Source: the human T2T-CHM13v2.0 reference genome, Homo sapiens
Reading direction: 5' to 3' (one strand)
DNA length: 64,000 nucleotides
NCBI RefSeq assembly: GCF_009914755.1
Contig: NC_060938.1
Shown: positions 1 through 15,310 of the stretch, one piece after another
How positions within the stretch are numbered: position 1 is the stretch's first letter
Layout of the letters: the number at the start of each line of letters is the position of its first letter
The notes under the pieces: generated by a model
Database searches by the model: none
Seen by the model: the letters and a program-made list of their open reading frames with translations, nothing else
What the model was told of the DNA's origin: nothing
Position numbers and translations under genes: made by a program

Positions 1-99
1 CAATAAAAAGGAATTGTATGTTAAAAATAATAATTGCTGTAAGCAGAGAGGAAGTAGAGCAGGGTAAGGGAGATACTGAATACAGAAGAAAGGAGGTGC

Positions 100-980
100 A
101 GAATTAGGGTAGTAAGGGTTGGCATCGTTGAGCCAGTGACATCTGAGCAAAGACTTGAATGCAGTTTTAAAAGGCTTGCTCTGGTATTGCTGAGTTGAGA
201 ATAGATTGCAGGGCATTAAGAATAAAATAAAGGAGAATCATTAGGAGCTTTTCCTAGTAACCTAGGCAACAGATTTTCTTAGGCTGTTCTTGCGTTGCTA
301 TAAAGGAATACGTGAGACTGGGTAATTTATAAAGAAAAGAGGTTTCATTGGCTCATGATTCTGTAGGCTGTACAGGAAGCATGGCACCAGCATCTGCTCA
401 ACTTCCGCGGAGGCCTCAGGGGAGCTTTTACTTATGGTGGATGGCGAAGTGGGAGCAGGCCCATCACATGACAAAAGCAAGAGCAAGAGAGAGAGTAGAG
501 GGTGAGGTGCCCAACACTTTTAAACCACCAGATCTCTTGAGAACTCACTAGCGTGAAGACAGCAGCGAGCCATGAGGGATCTGCCCCTGTGACCCAAGCA
601 CCTTCCATTAGGCCCCATTTCCCATGTTGGGGATTAACATTCAACATGAGATTTGGGTGGGAGAATATTCAAACCATATCACAGATGATGATAACTTAAC
701 GAGTATTATCAGTGAAGATGCTGAGGAATCATTGAATTTTGTATATATTTTTGAGATTGAGACAACAGGATTTCCTGACGATTTGAGTATGTTATATGAA
801 ACAAAAAGGAGTCTATGTTTTTGGCTCAGGAACTGAATGGATGGAGCTGTTATCAACTGATAAGAGGAACACTGTGGACAGAGCAGATTTGAGGGGGAAG
901 ATCAGGAGTTCAGTACTATATATATATATATTGAGTTTGAGATGTCTGTTTGGCATTCTTGCAGAGATAATGACATCTAC
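100..980 (-). mobile_element. L2 LINE remnant, split by the MSTB LTR
   Basis: L2-like motifs (gacatctgagcaaagacttgaa; gagcagatttgagggggaagatcaggagttcag; ttgagtttgagatgtct) on both sides of the LTR; edges approximate. Confidence 0.65.
275..681 (-). mobile_element. MaLR solo LTR, MSTB-like
   Basis: ttcttgcgttgctataaaggaatac...gagactgggtaatttataaagaaaagagg...aaaccatatca; perfect 5-bp TSD CAGAT at 270-274 and 682-686. Confidence 0.9.
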
Positions 981-1079
981 CAATGGGTTGGTTGTGATGA
1001 TTAAATATGGTGAATGTAAATTACTGAGCACAGAATCTGACCATTATCTCTGTGAGATCAGAGAATAAATTGCTACATG

Positions 1080-2200
<1,121 letters not shown>

Positions 2201-2363
2201 AAATTAAACTGATGCATGTGATTATTCTGAAAGAGTTTCATAGTTTGTTCAGACATTAGGGAATAAACTGTCCCTAACTTAAGGGAGCTTACACTGTAAT
2301 AAGGGGTACATGCAAGTAGGCAGGCAATTATAGTATTCTGTGAAGGTTCGTAAAGTTTAGTAC

Positions 2364-2899
2364 TGTAGGAAACCAGAATATGCCTCCCCAAAATGTGAAG
2401 GATTCTCGAGCTGAAGACAGTTAAGATGCAGTAGAGCTCTCTGCCTAAAAGCAGGACACAGATTTACAGAGAAAAATGTCTTGCTGTCCTCCCTCCTCCC
2501 TTTCTCCCCTAAAGACAGGATGTAAATTCTTTACTGGAAAAAAACCCTTTATCATCTCAGAGACGGCGCCAGAGGAATCTGCAAGCTGACTTTACTCCAT
2601 TAGTGCCTTCCATATATTTACCTTTCCACGGTTTCCCACCTCTGGAAGTCTGGGACTGCTTTCCTTTGCCTTGTCACTTCTCTAAAATTTATTGTTCTTT
2701 GTTGGATATACTATATAAACCAGACTCATGAACCACTGCCTTGAGTTACTTTTCACTGAGGGCTTTTCCTGTGTGATATGCACCGTACACGTTAATAAAC
2801 CTATCTGTTTTTCTCTTGTTAATCTGCCTTCTGTTATAGAAGTCTGTGCTAACTACATACTTAAGAAGGTTGAGGAAAAAATACTTTTTCTCCCCTTCA
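2364..2899 (+). mobile_element. ERV1 solo LTR, MER34-like
   Basis: Starts tgtaggaaaccagaatatgcctccccaaaat; TATA-like tataaa and AATAAA near the 3' end; ends ...tccccttca. Confidence 0.75.
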
Positions 2900-4169
2900 G
2901 TTCTCTGCTGCTAGATCACCCATAGTTGGAATGGAGGCTCAGAAACCTAGTATTTAGCTCCTTTGAGCATCTGTAATTGAACTGGCAAAGCAAGAGCTTG
3001 GGGCTGACTGTTGGATTAGCTGAAGAATAGTTTCCGTCATATTCTAGAAAAGAAAGCTTTTTTTTTTCTTTTTCTTTTTCTCCAGGGAATGAGTGGGGTT
3101 ATCCATTTATTGTAGTTTAAAGGATTTAAAATCCATCTATATATTGATAAGCATTCATCAGTTTTTATTTTAGTATGTATGGTGCTATCATGTTTATAAG
3201 AATATTTTGTTTTTAAAATGACTAGAGCGGTACAAAGGAAAAAACTTTAGTTGTTAATTTTAGATGAAAAGCAACTGAATTTCTTAGGTAATAATTATTT
3301 TACCCTCCCAAGATACGTTTTCTGTACTCCATTGACTTATGCCAATAAAGTAATGTTCTTCCAATTTAATAATGGATTTTTTTTCTTGTTGAATTTTTTT
3401 CAACTCTAACGTTATTTTGTTGTTGGAGATTGATTAAAAAATACAAATTTTACTGTTTAAAGAATGTTGCCTAATTAGTTATAAATCTATTTCATCTTTG
3501 CATTTTTTTCTTTTATATACTCATATAAAATGTAGCAGTTTGTATCACATCAGTATTTCTCTTATATAAATATGGTTTATGGTTATGTCTAATCTCATTT
3601 CTCATTTGGCCAGTTAATATATGCACAGATAAATGGCCCATAAAGAAAAACTTCAAGAGGAGAAAAAGGTAATCTAAATGCATATTATTATTTTAAAGTT
3701 CTAATACTGTGTACAATTTTATGAAGTTAAGTTTCTGTAATATGTGGTCACCCAGGGGTCTGAGAACATTAGTTAATCCAGTCAACAAACATTGATGGCA
3801 TATGTGCTGTATGACAGGCTCTGTGCTTGGTCTTAGGAATACAGGACAAGTTAGGGCATCATTCCCACCCTCCGATAATGCTTAGTCCCCAGGAAAAAAA
3901 AATTGACATATAAACAAGTAGAGGTGGTAAAACAGAAGATTAAAGGTCCTATAGATGATATTTACCAATGAATAAAGAGAGAAGGCTATCTTAAGAAAAA
4001 TATGTAGTAAGAAGAAAGAAATGGAGATAGAGAACATTTGAGGAAATGGCAGACATTTATTTGTATTTGGTTGTAGCATAGAGTAATGGGGAAGACCGGG
4101 GAAACATTGAGAACCATCTCATAGAGCAGGCATGCTACATGCTGGAGTTTAGTCAGTTTCTCCTGGAAC

Positions 4170-4510
4170 AGTATTTCTCAAATATGTGTGATCATATGAA
4201 TCACTGAGAAAGTTTGTAAACAAACAAAAACAACCCTAACAGATTCCTGAATTTCACTCCAGACCTGGAAAATCAGAGTCCTTAGAGGAGGGCTAGGAAT
4301 CCGTATTTTGTTATGTCATGTCATGTCAGACAGGGTATCTCTGTTGTCCAGGCTGGAGTTCAGTGGTACAGTCATAGCTTACTGCAGCCCTGAACTCCTG
4401 GGCTCAAGTGATCCTCCTGCCTCAGCCTCCAGAGTAGCTGAGATTACAGGCATGAGCCACTGTGCCTGGTGGAATCTATATTTTTAACAAGAGCTCTGGT
4501 AATTATTATT
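4170..4510. mobile_element. MER5-type hAT-Charlie MITE interrupted by a FLAM
   Basis: cagtatttctcaaa...cagattcctg...aatcagagtc...ggaatc...tttttaacaag. Confidence 0.65.
4327..4469 (-). mobile_element. FLAM (monomeric Alu)
   Basis: Single Alu monomer; TSD ggaatccgtattt / ggaatctatattt. Confidence 0.85.
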
Positions 4511-4665
4511 GTAACCAATTTATTGAACAAGTACAAGCTATTAGGGTATAAGCAAATATTTTTCCCTCAAATGTTCTAGTTGATGTGAGACTTTCCTTTG
4601 GCATGTATTAATGAAAGCAAGGACATAACCCACAAATTTCCTATGTGCATGTACATATGTGCACA

Positions 4666-4666
<1 letters not shown>

Positions 4667-4724
<58 letters not shown>
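4667..4724. repeat. (CA)29 perfect microsatellite
   Basis: Uninterrupted CA run. Confidence 0.98.
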
Positions 4725-4725
<1 letters not shown>

Positions 4726-4772
4726 TTTGTGGTTACTAAACAGTCTAGGCCAGGATAAAATTTAGGGAATTA

Positions 4773-5076
4773 CAGCAGGTCCTCAAATAATGTTGTTTTG
4801 GTATAACATTGATGACTGAAAAAACAAAAAACAAAAATCCCAGTTCCCAACTGGTGCCACTCTCTCTGTGGAATTTGCACATTCTCCCCATGTTTGCATG
4901 GGTTTTCTCCTGGTACTTCAGTTTCCTCCCCTGTCCCAAAGATGTGTGCATTGGGTGAATTAGCGTGGCCCCTGTTTGAGTGTTTATGGGTGTGTGTGTG
5001 TTAGTGTGCTCTGCGATGGGATGGCATCCCCTCCGTGGTCAGTTCCTGCCGTGTGCTCTGACTACCAGGATAGGCT
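4773..5076 (+). mobile_element. MER6 (TcMar-Tigger) 5' portion
   Basis: TA followed by cagcaggtcctcaaataatgttg terminus; internal gtggaatttgcacattctccccatg...tcccaaagatgtg. Confidence 0.85.
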
Positions 5077-5786
5077 TTGCTTTCAGAAATCTCCAGATAA
5101 TTAGCTTCATATATTTCTGTGTTCAGGTGCTTTCAGTTTCTGCAGCTCAGCAAGCGTCCAGCTTTGGATCAAGTTGCCAGTGTGTCCTTCTTGCAGATAT
5201 CTTCACCTTGCAATCTGTATGACCAATTATTTTGAAGTGCCAACTTAATGAATGACCCTTCGTGGTGCCAGACTCCTAAGCTCTCCCTTGCCTTCTCTTA
5301 GTTCTCTCTTTGGTAGAGTTGGTTGAATGCACCAGTGAGTTTGTTACTTCTCAGCAAACCTTGGGGGAGATATCTGAACCTAATTGTTGGTGTTCTCCCT
5401 TAGATTTGGGCTTTATTGCCTCTTGCTGTCAGCTTTGGGCCCTAGTTACTGATTCTGGAAAAAGTGGAAAAATACCCCTTAACATCTTGTTAGATTATGA
5501 ATAGGTAAGTTTAGGAAATATTATTGCAGGTAGAAGAAAACCTAACAGGTTTTTATTTTCTAATGTTTAAAGAGACATTTAAGTAAAAGATCTCAATGGA
5601 ATTATACCTTTCTTTTTGTTGTTGTTGTTGCAGATAGTATGTACTTAATTTTTTTTTTTTTTTAAATTTCAATAGGTTTTTCAGGAAGAGGTGGTGTTTG
5701 GTTACATGGATAAGTTCCTTAGTGGTTATTTCTGAGATTTTGGTGCACCCATCACCCAAGCAGTGTACACTGTACCCAATATGTAG

Positions 5787-6092
<306 letters not shown>

Positions 6093-6377
6093 TAATATGT
6101 GGTCTTTTTTACCTCACCTGCCTCCTGCCCTTCCCCTTAAGTCCCCACAGTTCATTTTATCATTCTTATGCCTCTGAGTCCTCATAGCTTAGCTCCCACC
6201 TGTAAGTAAGAACATACAACGTTTGGTTTTCCATTCCTGAGTTACTTTGCTTAGAGTAACGGTCTCCAGTTCCATCTAGGTTGCTGTGAATGCCATTGTT
6301 TCATTTGTTTTTACAGCTGAGTAGTATTCCACAGTGTGTATGGGGTGTGTGTGTGTGTATATATATATATCACAATT

Positions 6378-6698
<321 letters not shown>

Positions 6699-7511
6699 AG
6701 TATATCACATTTTCTTTATCCACTCGTTATTGATGGGCATTTGGGCTGGTTTCATATTTTTGCAATTGCAAATTGTGCTGCTGTAAACGTGTGTGTAAGT
6801 GTCTTTTTCATGTAATGACTTCTTTTCCTCTGGTTAGATACCCAGTAGTGGGATTGCTGGATCAAATGGTAGATCTACTTTTAGTTCTTTAAGGAATCTC
6901 CACATTGTTTTCCATAGAGGTTGTACTAGTTTACATTTGCACCAGCGTGTAAAAGTGTTCCCTTTTCACCATATTCATGCCAATATCTATTATACTTTGA
7001 TTTTTAAATTATGGCCATTCTTGCAGGAGTAAGGTGGTATCACATTGTGGTTTGGATTTGCATTTCCCTGATTATTAGTGATGTTGAGCATTTTTTCATA
7101 TGCTTGTCGGCCATTTGTATATCTTCTTTTGAGAATTGCTTATTCATGTCTTTAGCCCACTTTTTTGATGGGATTATTTGTTTTTTTCTTGCTGATTTGT
7201 TTGATTTCCTTGTAGATTCTGGATATTAGTCCTTTGTCGGATGCATAGTTTGCTAATATTTTCTCCTATTTTATGGGTTGTCTGTTCACTCTGCTGATTA
7301 TTTCTTTTGCTGTGCAGAGGCTTTTTAGTTTAATTACGTCCCATCTATTTATCCTTGTTTTAGTTGCGTTTATTTTTGGGTTCTTGGTCATGAAAACTTT
7401 GCTTAAGCCAATGTCTAGAAGGGGTTTTCCAATGTTATCTGCTAGAATTTTTATGTTCAGGTCTTAGATTTAAGTCTTTGATCCATTTTGACCTGATTTT
7501 TGTATAAAGTG

Positions 7512-7862
7512 TGTCTTAGTCCATTTTTACGCTGCTGGTAAAGAGATACCCGAGACTGGGCAATTTACAAAATAAAGAGGTTTAATTGGACTTATAGTTC
7601 CACATGGCTGGGGAAGCCGCACAATCATGGCAGAAGGCAAGGAAGAGCAAGTCATGTCTTACATGGAATGGCAGCAGGCAAAGACTTTGTGCAGAGAAAC
7701 TCCCGTTCTTAAAACCATCAGATCTCGTGAGACTCATTCACTATCATGAGAACAGCACAGGAAATATCCACCCCTGTAATTCAGTCACCTCCCACTGGGT
7801 CTCTGTCACAACACGTGGGAATTCAAGATGAAATTTGGTGGGGACACAGCAAAACTGTATCA
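7512..7862 (-). mobile_element. THE1B-like LTR
   Basis: tgtcttagtcc...aaagagatacccgagactggg...aaaaccatcagatctcgtgaga...tatca. Confidence 0.9.
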
Positions 7863-9604
7863 TTCCACCCCTGGAGCCTCCCAAATCTCATATCCTCACA
7901 TTTCAAAACCAATCATGCCTTCCCAAAAGTCCCCCAAAGTCTCAACTCATTTCAGCATTAACTCAAAAGTTCACAGTCCAGCGTCTCATCAGAGACAAGG
8001 CCAGTCCCTTCCGCCTGTGAGCCTGTAAAATCAAAAGCAAGTTAGTTACTTCCTACATACAGTGGGATACAGGCATTGGGTAAATACAGCCATTCCAAAT
8101 GGGAGAAATTGGCCAAAACAAAGGGGCTCCAGGCCCCATGCAAGTCAAAAATCAAGCAGGGCAGTCAAATCTTAAAGCTCCAAAATGATCTCCTTTGACT
8201 CCATATCTGACATCCAGGTCATGCTGATGCAAGAAGTGGGTTCCCATGGTCTTGGGCAGCTATGCCTCTGTGGCTTTGCAGGGTACAGCCCCCCTCCTAG
8301 CTGCCTTCATGGGCTGGCATTGAGTGTCTGCAGCTTTTCTAGGTGAATGGTGCAAGCTGTTGGTGGATTTACCATTCTTCTTTTTTTTTTGAGACAGAGT
8401 CTCGCTCTGTCACCAGGCTGGAGTGCAGTGGCGTGTGATCTCGGCTCACTGTACCCTCTGCCTCCTGAGTTCAAGCAATTCTCCTGCCTCAGCCTCCCGA
8501 GTAGCCGGGACTACAGGTGCCTGCCACCACGTCTGGCTAATTTTTGTATTTTTAGTAGAGACGGGGTTTCACCATATTGGCCAGGTTGGTCTCGAACTCC
8601 TGACCTTGTGATCTGCCTGCCTCAGCCTCCCAAAGTGCTGGGATTACAGGCATGAGCTACTGTGCTTGACCTGGATCTACCATTCTGGGGTCTGGAGGAT
8701 GGTGGCCATCTTCTCACAGCTACACTAGGCTCTGCTCCCCAGTAGGGACTCTGTATGGGGGCTCTGACTCCACATTTCCTTTCTGCAGAGGTTCTTCTCC
8801 ATAAGAGTCCTACCCCTGCATCAAACTTCTGCCTGGGCATCCAGATGTTTCCAAACATCTTCTGAAATCTAGGCGGAGGTTCCCAAACCCCAATTCTTGA
8901 CTTCTGTGCACTGGCAGGCTTAACACTGCATGGAAGCTGCCAAGGCTTGCGGCTTGCACCCTCTGAAGCCTTGGCTTGATCTCTCATTGGCTCCTTTCAG
9001 CCATGGCTGGAGTGGCTGGAATGCAGGGCACCAAGACCCTGGGCTGCACACAGCCTGGGCCGCACACAGCACAGGGACCCTGGGCCCAGCCCATGAAACC
9101 ACTTTTTCCTCCTAGGCCTCCTGGCCTGCGGTAGGAGGGGCTCCCATGAAGACCTCTGACATGCCTTAGAGACATTTTTTCCATTGTCTTGGGGATTAAC
9201 ATTTGGCCCCTTATTACTTATGCAACTTTCTGCAGCCAGCTTGGATTTCTCCTCAGAAAATGGATTTTCTTTTCTATCGCATTGCCAGGCTGCACATTTT
9301 CTAAACTTTTATATTCTGCTTCCCTTATAAAACTGAATGCCTTTAACAGCACCCAAGTCACCTCTTGAATACTTTGCTGCTTAGAAATTTTTTACACCAG
9401 ATACCCAAAATCATCTCTCTTAAGTTCAAAGTTCCACAAATCTCTAGGGCAGGGGCAAAATGCTGCCAGTCTGTTTGCTAAAACATAGCAAGAGTCACCT
9501 TTACTCCAGTTAACAAGTTCGTCATCTTTATCTGAGACCACCTCAGCCTGGACCTTATTGCTCATGTCACTGTCAACATTTTTGTCAAAGCCATTCAACA
9601 AGTC
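7863..9604 (-). mobile_element. THE1 internal sequence, truncated (second LTR missing)
   Basis: Colinear with the internal part of the complete THE1 at 50.4-51.9 kb; stops at ccattcaacaagtc. Confidence 0.9.
8379..8671 (-). mobile_element. AluS nested in THE1-int
   Basis: Full Alu; TSD ggatttaccattct / ggatctaccattct. Confidence 0.95.
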
Positions 9605-9620
9605 CTTTTTTCTCTTTTAA

Positions 9621-9961
<341 letters not shown>

Positions 9962-10800
9962 GGAGATATGTTTTCTTAACACTGGGCAAAGAATCTCAGT
10001 TTATATAGCTCACTGGACAATTTACAGATCCTGAGGTCAGGGATAATAGTAAGTATGGATTGTGAAAACCTTCAGTAACTCATAGATTTTAGCCAATGAT
10101 ATGTTACAAAGTATTTTATACTGTGATATTATTTCCTATGAGTCATCCCATTCCTGTTATTTAAGCAGTGCTCAAGATCACTATGGTTCATATCCATGAA
10201 TGTATTTCAGGGTAGAATAATTCTTGAATCTTATTTATAAGATATACTGTTGACTTTAAATGAAAGCTACTCATTTAAATAGGACACCTTATATACCTTG
10301 GATATGGATATTTGTTTTTTTCTCTTTAATTGTCATATTTTATATATTTATGGGGTTCATGTGAGAGTTTGCTGCATGCATAGAATGTGTAATGATCAAG
10401 TCTCCATCATCATGAGTGCTTATCATTTTTATGTGGTGTCATTTCAAGTCCTCTCTTCTAGTTACTCTGACATATACATAATATTGTTACTAAGTGTAGT
10501 CACTGTGGTCTGCTATCAAACATTAGATCTTGTTTCTTCTATCTAACTATGTGTTTGTACCCACAACCAACTTCTCCTGTCCTCTCCCCTTGAACCACCC
10601 TTCCGAGTCTCTGGTTATCTGTTGATCTATTCTCTATGTCCATGAGATGAAGTTTTTTAGCTCCCACATGTGAATGAGAACGTGTGGTATTTGTCTTTCT
10701 GTGCTGGGCTTATTTTGCGTAACATAATGACGTCCAATTCCATCCATGTCACTTCAAATGACATGATTTCATTCTTTTTTATGGCTGAATAGTATTTCAT

Positions 10801-10804
<4 letters not shown>

Positions 10805-10831
<27 letters not shown>

Positions 10832-10895
10832 ATTATATAATATATTCATTGTGTGTGTGTATATATTATATATATACACATATATAATGTGTGTG
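10805..10895. repeat. Compound (TG)n/(TA)n microsatellite
   Basis: Directly visible. Confidence 0.9.
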
Positions 10896-11330
10896 TCTTT
10901 TATGGTTCCATACAAATTTTAGGATTTTTTGTCTATTTCTGGGAAAAAATGAATCCCACTTGATCATGGTATGTTATCTTTTGGGTGTGCTGTTGGATCT
11001 AGTTTGGTAGTATTTTGTTGAAGACTTTTCCATTTATCTTCATCAGGGTTATTGGTCTGTATTTTTTTTGTTGTAGCTTTGTCTGGTTTTGGTATCAGGG
11101 TAATGCTGGCCTCATAGAATGAGTTAGGGAGAATTTCCTTCTCTTAACTTTTTGGAATAGCTTGAGGAGGACTGATATGAGTTTTTCTTTATACATTTGG
11201 TAGAATTCAGCAGTGACTTTATTCAGTACTGGGCTTTTTTTCTTGAGAGACTTTTTGTTCCTGGTTCAATCTTGATACTCATTATGTTCAGGTTTTCTAT
11301 TTTTCCTGATTCAATCTTGTTGGATTGTAT

Positions 11331-11947
11331 TGATATGGCTCCAATGAATGGAGGAACACCAGTGTCCTTGGTCTTGCGCTGATTTAGATAAAATGACATG
11401 GACACATGTGGAGTGATTTTAAGGAGCGGAGAGTTTAATAGGCAAGAAAGAAGGAAGAAGCTCCCCCATACAGAGACAGAGGGAGGGGGGCTCTGAGAGA
11501 GAAACCATGTGTGCGGTGGCAAAGTAGTTAGTTATATTAGCAGGCTGGAGGAGGCGGTGTCTGATTTGCATACAGCCCAGGGATTGGTTTTACCAGATGT
11601 GTCATTCATGTGGCCCGTGAAAAACCTGGCCCTCCCACCTTCGTCCTTTAATATGAAAATGCGGGTCACCATGATGTCCTGAACACGTGTGAGTTATCTG
11701 GAGGCGGCCATGACACTTGGTACTTGTGGTGACAAGGAGAAGAGGGCAGCAATCGCCATGTTGGCCATGTTGGGTGGACCTAGTTTCTAATCGCCAGAAT
11801 TTGCATATCAAAGCTTGCCGTCTTTAAGCCGCCTTTTCTGTTAGAAAAGAAATGGTTTGGGGGTTGCTTCTTACAGGAAAATTTCCACCGAGAACCTTTA
11901 CCCTTTCTACCTGCCTAAAAATTATTTCTTAATAACTCCTATATTAA
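11331..11947 (-). mobile_element. ERV1 solo LTR, MER61/LTR25-like, nested in L1
   Basis: tgatatggctccaatgaatggaggaacacc...cctaaaaattatttcttaataactcctatattaa; the L1 sequence resumes immediately after. Confidence 0.75.
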
Positions 11948-12905
11948 TGTGTTTCCAGGAATTTCTCCATTTTCTCTAGGTTTTTCACTTTGCTAGCATA
12001 TAATTCATAATAGTCTCTGATGATCTTTTGTACTTCTGGTGTCAGCTGCAATGTCTCCTTTTTCATTTCTGAGTTTGTTTATTTGGGACGTCTCTTCTTT
12101 TTTCGGTTAGTCAAGGTAGCGGTTTATCAATTTTGTTTATCTTTTCCAATGATCAACGTTTTGTATTGTATTTTTAGTCTCTATTTCATTTAGTTCTGCT
12201 CTGATCTTTATTATTTCTTTTCTTCTGCTAATTTTTGGTTTTCTTTGTTCTTGCTTTTTAGTTTTTTGAGGTGCATGGTTAGATTGTTCATTTGAAATCT
12301 TTCTGTTTTTCTGATTTAGGTGTTTATTGCTATAAACTCCCCTCTTAACATACTTTTGCTATGTCCCACAGGTTTTGGTATGTTGTGTTTCCATTTTCTT
12401 TGTTTCAAGAAATTAAAAAAATTTTTTATCTTGATTCTTTCATTGACCCAGTGGTCACTCAGGAGCATGTTGTTTAATTTCCATGTATTTGTATAGTTTT
12501 CAGAGTTCCTCTTGGCATTGATTTCTAGTTTTATTCCATTGTGATCTAAGATACTTGATATGATTTTAGCTTTGGAAAGATTAGTTTTATAGCCTAACAT
12601 ATGGTAAATCCTGGAGAATTTTCTATGTGCAGATGAGAAAAATGTATATTCTACAGATGTTAGATAACATTTTCTGTACATGTCTGTTAGGTCCATTTGG
12701 TCTAAAGTCCCGTTTAAGTCTGATGTTTCTTTATTTTCTGTCTAGATGATCTCTTAAATGCTGAGATTGGGATGTTGAAGTACCCCACTATTATTGTATT
12801 AGAGCCTGTCTTTTTCTTTAGATCTAGTAATACTTGCTTTATGCATATCCTCTTGCTGGATTGATCCCTTTATCATTATATAATGACCTTGTCTTTCTGT
12901 GTCTT

Positions 12906-13050
12906 TTTTTTTTGTGTTTTTTTGTTTTTTTTAAGAAATGGGGTCTCAATATGTTTTCTAGGCTAGTCTTGAGCTCCTGGCCTCAAGTGATCCTCCCGCC
13001 TCTGCCTTCTGAGTAGCTGGGATTACAGGCAGGAGCCATCGTGCCCAGCT
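12906..13050 (-). mobile_element. FLAM nested in L1
   Basis: Alu monomer with T-rich tail; flanking tgtctttt repeated. Confidence 0.85.
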
Positions 13051-13914
13051 TCTTTGTCTTTTATTATTATTTTTGACTTAATGTCTGTTTTATCTGATAT
13101 AAGTGTAGGTATTTCTGCTCACTTTTGGTTTCCGTTTGTGTGGAATATCTTTTTTCATTTATTTACTTTGAGTCTATATGTGTCTTCACAGGTAAAGTGC
13201 ACTGATTGTAGGCAGCATATAGTTAGATCATTTTTAAATCAATTCAGAGAGTCTGTATCTTTTAAGTGGAGAATTTAATCCATTAATATTCAAGGTTATT
13301 ATTGAGGTTTTGTTCCTTCATATTGTTAATTGTTTGCTGGTTTTCTATGGTGGTATCACTTGAATTTTTTGGCTTTTTCACTTGTGTATTGCTTTACCAG
13401 TTAGTTTTATATTTTTGTGTGTATACTTTGTGTGTGTGTGTGTTTTTTTTTTCCACTCCCTTGAGCATTTCTTGAAGAGCTAGTCTAGTGGTGATGAATT
13501 TCATCTGCTTTTGCTTGCTTAGAAAAGACTTTATTTCTTCTTTATTTATGAAGGATAATTTTGCTGGATATAGTATCCTTGGGTGGCAGTTTTTTTCTTT
13601 TGGCACTTTGAATATATAACCCCATTCTCTCCTAGCCTGTGAGGTTTTTGCTGAGAAGTCTCCTGTTGATGTAGGCTCCTTTGTAGGTGACTAGACATTT
13701 TCCTCTTGCTGCTTTAAGACTTTTCTCCTTGTCATTGACTTTATGCAGCTTGAATACAATGTGTCATGGAGAAGACCTTTCGCATTGGATCACTGGTCTT
13801 CCTGTACCTGGATGTCTAAATCTCTTGGTAGACTTGGGAAAATTTCATCTAGTATTTCATTAAATAGGTTTTTGAGCATTTTTGTTCTCTGTTTCCCTTT
13901 GAGGATACTGATAA

Positions 13915-14334
<420 letters not shown>

Positions 14335-14503
14335 TCAAAAGGCCCATCTTCAGGTTCTGAGACTCTTTCTTTTGCTTGGTTTAGTCTATTGTTGATGCTT
14401 TTGAGTGTACTTTGTATTTTTTCAAGGACTTCTTCAGTTCCAAAATTTTGGTTTGTTTCTTTTTTATTCTATCACTGTGGTAAACTGCTCCTTTATTTCC
14501 TGA

Positions 14504-14913
<410 letters not shown>

Positions 14914-15051
14914 TGAATTTCTTTTTATTGGGATGTGTTGCTGGAGAATTATTATGTTCCTTTGGAGGTGTCATAGTTCTTTGCTTTTTCATGTTTTCTA
15001 TATCCTTGTGTTGACATCTGCACACCTGGTATAATAGTTGCTTCTTCAAAT

Positions 15052-15310
15052 TTTTTATTTTTTTATTTTTAACTTTTCTTCAACTTTTGTTTTAGATTCT
15101 AGGGGTACATGTTCAGGTTTGTTACAAAGTTATATTATGTGATGCTGGAGTTTGGAGTACAATTGAACATGTCACCCAGGAAGTGAGCACAGTATTCAAT
15201 AAGTAGTTTTCAATCTTTGTCTTCCTCCCTCCCTCCTACCTCATGTATTTTCCAGCATCTGTTGTTCCCATCTTTATGTCCATGTGTACCCAATGTTTAG
15301 CTCCTGCTTT
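15052..15310 (-). mobile_element. Short L1PA15/16-like 3' end nested in L1MA
   Basis: T-rich tail, then ggggtacatgttcaggtttgttac...gtgatgctggagtttggagtacaattgaa...tcacccagg. Confidence 0.75.
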
